From Zygophlyctis sp. KS116 (Eukaryota; Fungi; Chytridiomycota), in the NCBI GenBank assembly GCA_054661495.1, contig BAAFSQ010000093.1:1-32000 (forward strand): a DNA stretch of 32,000 nt. The letters are read 5' to 3'. The translations under genes were made by a program, and so were the position numbers. The notes beneath the pieces were generated by a model that worked only from the letters and a program-made list of their open reading frames with translations, ran no database searches and was not told where the DNA came from. Positions 31,543 to 32,000 of this stretch are shown piece after piece (the first letter of the stretch is position 1; each line of letters opens with the position of its first letter).

Positions 31543-32000
31543 ACTTGTTTTTTCTTTTATGGACCGATACATCTACGTCTATTCTTTCTAATTCTTCTAA
31601 TCTCTTCTTTTCTTCCTGTCTTTTGCGTTTTCTGGCAAGTTGCTCTAAAGCTTGTTTTGCTGATCCATCTGGGAACCGAGATAAGTCAAAGTATGAGGGC
31701 GAGATCTCCAAAGTCCATTCTCCACGGATGGCGCTGACAGTGCGGATATAGTTTTGAGAAGTCAATACAAACTCATTGTATATAACCCAATCAGGCTTTG
31801 ATGAGAGCACAGATGATGGATGCAAACGAACCATTTGATTGTCTTTTGCTGTTAAATAATGTCCTTTGCGGTCTAGATGGGCAACCTGGGTGAAGAATCC
31901 TGCCACAAGTGCTTTTCTGATATTTCTACTATAATCATGATGATTCTTGGGAGATGGAATCAATTCAAGTCCATGCTTCTCCATTAGTTTGGCTAGCTGT
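31535..32000 (-). CDS. PRP43: DEAH helicase Prp43/DHX15, C-terminal part only
   Basis: NIRKALVAGFFTQVAHL...YLTAKDNQMVRLHPS...WVIYNEFVLT..NYIRTV. Confidence 0.93.
   Translation of the reverse strand, partial: QLAKLMEKHGLELIPSPKNHHDYSRNIRKALVAGFFTQVAHLDRKGHYLTAKDNQMVRLHPSSVLSSKPDWVIYNEFVLTSQNYIRTVSAIRGEWTLEISPSYFDLSRFPDGSAKQALEQLARKRKRQEEKKRLEELERIDVDVSVHKRKNKFK

Noticed and set aside
1922-31751. Short antisense or alternate-frame ORFs (e.g. 1922-2212, 11566-11748, 13664-13948, 16809-17039, 20661-20900, 25640-25831, 29002-29190, 31545-31751)
   Set aside because: They overlap well-supported genes or the tRNA and have no recognisable motifs.
22465-32000. Functional cluster of PRP43 with G-patch cofactors and U2B''
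   Set aside because: The genes are separated by unrelated genes; chance proximity is likely in such a dense genome.

Overview
AT-rich, extremely compact eukaryotic nuclear DNA, most likely from a zoosporic fungus (chytrid-like). This is inferred from fungal-type TGL/SQS1/INP54/MAM3 genes, complex I subunits, the cilium-associated gene TPGS2 and plant-type LRR proteins. About 25 protein genes are split by very short (mostly 23-32 nt) spliceosomal introns, so the ORF track fragments most of them; I rebuilt them by hand. Main observations: (1) an unannotated minus-strand cluster of three intronic snoRNAs (snR55/U33-like, snR61/U38-like, and an H/ACA RNA), with an apparent zero-nucleotide exon (AG|GT) between the first two; (2) directly upstream of it, an SBP2-like L7Ae domain fused to ankyrin repeats; (3) a ~1000-aa, 13-intron fusion of a transporter-like membrane domain, a catalytically degenerate SDR epimerase and a GT77-like domain; (4) a secreted two-domain 6-Cys protein with a Kex2 site, and a TGA-interrupted paralog 25 kb away; (5) a CBM48 protein with three PxIxIT-like motifs; (6) a tRNA-Met with G8/C14; (7) genes packed with 1-nt spacers, shared stop codons and overlapping ends. 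All homology calls come from motif recognition, not database searches.
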